Positions 61,879 through 64,000 of a stretch of 64,000 bases of DNA are shown piece by piece. The DNA is from a virus. Its lineage: Duplodnaviria; Caudoviricetes. Position 1 is the stretch's first letter, and the number at the start of each line of letters is the position of its first letter. The translations under genes and the position numbers were made by a program. The notes beneath the pieces are model-generated. The model was not told the origin of the DNA. It saw nothing but the letters and a program-made list of their open reading frames with translations, and made no database searches. The DNA is taken from IMG/VR virus record IMGVR_UViG_3300032332_002377, one strand, 5' to 3'.

Positions 61879-63393
61879 TTATCTGCCTCCTAAACCAGTT
61901 TGACTGCTTGGAGCCTGTATATCAGGCCATCCGCCAACGGTATAATTAACTGGAGTATTTGCACCAGATTGATTGCCTATGTTGTTGCCGCCTATATTTG
62001 AATTGCCATAAATACTATTACTGCTTTGAATTGTTTTATCAATATCAACAACTTGTGCATTTGCAGTATTGGTTTTGCCTAAAACAGTATAAGCCATAAA
62101 GTTTCTAGTTTCTGTTACAAGAGATTTTAAATTAATTTTAATCATATAAGCATCAGGTATGATTGCAAAAAATTCTTTAGTTTTGGCAGATGAACCTACA
62201 CTTTTAATAATACCTCCAACATTGTTTGCATCACCAGGCAAATTCGCAGTTGTAGGGTCTACAGCGCTATTAATTGACTCTAGCTCAACTGTTTCTTGAA
62301 CATTTAAATCAAATTTTAATTCTCTACGAGAGCCTTTAAAATCAACGCTAATACCAGTTATATAACAAAATGGAAGAAACTTTTGACCTGGTATTGTAAC
62401 TTCGTACAATACAGGTGGTTCAACAAGATTTCTATTTATTCTGGCTGGTTTGTTTTGGTATAATAATAGAAATATAAATTGCCAATTTCTAACAACTTGA
62501 TTAAAATCAATATTACCAGTATTAATTAGAGGGAATGTAAATGAGAATTCTTCACCTTCAGATGGAAAATTATAAAATTTTGCTTTTTCTTGAAAAGAAA
62601 AACCAAATGGGTGAGATATAGCGCCTGCTAGCCCTGCTATACTTTGTACCTGCTGAGCGCCTTCTTTTATAAAATTTAAAACATTAATATTACTATCATC
62701 ACCAAAAATATTCTGTGATGAGCTGTAATAGTCTTCAAAATAAGGTAGAATATATTGCCACCCTGTGTTAACAGTGGGATAAAGGTTTTTATAAGCTTGT
62801 AATAGCGGTTGATCTAATACTGGATTGTTATCTATAACACGGCTTTTAAAAAAATCTCCAACAGATTGTGTTACTTGTTGACCTGTTGTGACGTTTTCTT
62901 GTACAGATGTTAAAGTTTTTAGAGAAGGGTTGTTTATAAAATTATATGCAGTTCCAAGTGCTCCTTCACCTACAGTTGCTGCAGTATTTGCAAGTTTTTC
63001 TAACAATTGAGCAAAATTTTGGCCTGTGGATCCTAAGCTTTTCAAATAATTAATTGATTCGTTTATACCTAATTTTGCATTAGCAAAAGAATAAGCTACT
63101 GAAGCAATAAAAGCATTTGTGTTGAGTCTTTTTTCTGTTAAAGTAATTTTTGGTGTTTCAGCACGTGCAGTTTCTCCTGGTTTTGAATACGTCCAAGGAT
63201 AATCTCTAGCAACATTTACTGTAGTAATTTTTGGGTTTTTTGAATTAACAGGTACATTAAATAGATTGATATTTTCTGATGCAGGTACAAGTCTTGGGGC
63301 ATCACTTTCAAATGATACAGAATTCTCGCTTGTACCTTTGTCGCTTTTGTTTAAGGTAGCATTATAATCAAAAGACCATAGCCTGTTAGCCAT
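61879..63393 (-). CDS. probable baseplate tail-tube cap/initiator (gp48/gp54-like)
   Basis: FSFTFPL, PPVLYEV, CYITGISVDF; lies between tape measure and gp53. Confidence 0.5.
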   Translation of the reverse strand: MANRLWSFDYNATLNKSDKGTSENSVSFESDAPRLVPASENINLFNVPVNSKNPKITTVNVARDYPWTYSKPGETARAETPKITLTEKRLNTNAFIASVAYSFANAKLGINESINYLKSLGSTGQNFAQLLEKLANTAATVGEGALGTAYNFINNPSLKTLTSVQENVTTGQQVTQSVGDFFKSRVIDNNPVLDQPLLQAYKNLYPTVNTGWQYILPYFEDYYSSSQNIFGDDSNINVLNFIKEGAQQVQSIAGLAGAISHPFGFSFQEKAKFYNFPSEGEEFSFTFPLINTGNIDFNQVVRNWQFIFLLLYQNKPARINRNLVEPPVLYEVTIPGQKFLPFCYITGISVDFKGSRRELKFDLNVQETVELESINSAVDPTTANLPGDANNVGGIIKSVGSSAKTKEFFAIIPDAYMIKINLKSLVTETRNFMAYTVLGKTNTANAQVVDIDKTIQSSNSIYGNSNIGGNNIGNQSGANTPVNYTVGGWPDIQAPSSQTGLGGR

Positions 63394-63401
63394 AATAATA
63401 C

Positions 63402-64000
63402 TTATGAATACATTCTGCTATCTCTGTAGCTTCTAGAAGTGGTAGGTGTTAAGGTAAGGTTTGTTAAGTTTTTACTGTTATTAACAAAATTAGAACCCTT
63501 CTTACCTTGTTCAGCTACTGATTTAGTGTAATTGCTAAGTTCATTCATCATTTGTTGTGTTATAACTTTGTTTTCAGCTAGTTGTTTGCCCATGCTTCTG
63601 CCTGTATTTTCTACTACAGTCATGAGCTCTTTGATTGCACCTACTGTTTCTTCAGATCCAACACCTAATGTTCTTAAATCTTTAACACCAATGATGTTAT
63701 CATTGGGGCTAAATGGTATGGGTCTTTGACCAGGTCGTGACAAGAAATCTTGTTGCATATTTTCCCAAGGGCTTGGAATGCCCTTTTCATAGCTTTCTTG
63801 AATTTGCTCACCTATGATTTCTCCCATGGTATCATTAAGTTCAAAGACCTGTTCAGTTAAATCAGCATTGAACCGTTCTTTGAGCCTATCTGCAGCTGCA
63901 GGGTCTTTTATAAATGGTGTGTACCTGGCTAAATGCTCAGCAGAACCAAAGATAAATTTATTAGTAGCATCAGGTATTTGTAGAATTAGATTAGCATAAG
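63402..64000 (-). CDS. 3' end of a large gene, probably tape measure protein (starts beyond the window)
   Basis: frame open from 64000 to stop at 63402; DFLSRPG...FSPNDNIIGVK motif. Confidence 0.55.
   Translation of the reverse strand, partial: YANLILQIPDATNKFIFGSAEHLARYTPFIKDPAAADRLKERFNADLTEQVFELNDTMGEIIGEQIQESYEKGIPSPWENMQQDFLSRPGQRPIPFSPNDNIIGVKDLRTLGVGSEETVGAIKELMTVVENTGRSMGKQLAENKVITQQMMNELSNYTKSVAEQGKKGSNFVNNSKNLTNLTLTPTTSRSYRDSRMYS

Overview
AT-rich, gene-dense 64 kb segment of a large T4-like (myovirus-type) bacteriophage genome, using the standard genetic code; the host cannot be assigned from this window. From left to right: (1) accessory genes and a repeat-containing tail fibre; (2) a tmRNA with an unusually long tag, dTDP-glucose 4,6-dehydratase, a lysis cassette (holin-like protein, two lipoproteins, GH108 endolysin), four tRNAs (Arg, Gln, Thr, Tyr) and a 78-nt unannotated structured RNA; (3) small nucleotide-metabolism genes; (4) a ~13 kb strand-alternating island of sugar- and protein-modifying enzymes (UDP-sugar dehydrogenase, PIG-L deacetylase, asparagine-synthetase-like ligase, five glycosyltransferases, two twitch-domain radical SAM enzymes); (5) a ~29 kb tail-fibre/baseplate block whose proteins carry mucin-like (Pro-Thr)n stalks, gp38-like adhesin, kelch, RCC1-like, LRR and lectin domains and a strong excess of L-S-A-type tripeptides; (6) gp6, gp25, clamp loader, dUTPase, a probable small terminase, gp53 and the 3' end of a probable tape-measure gene. 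The leading hypothesis is a phage-encoded virion glycosylation system: an enzyme island plus PT stalks and LSA-like sequons as substrates. About 25 genes have TAAATA/TAAGTA 5-10 nt (mostly 5) before the start codon, implying largely leaderless late mRNAs. All product calls come from motif recognition by eye, not database searches.
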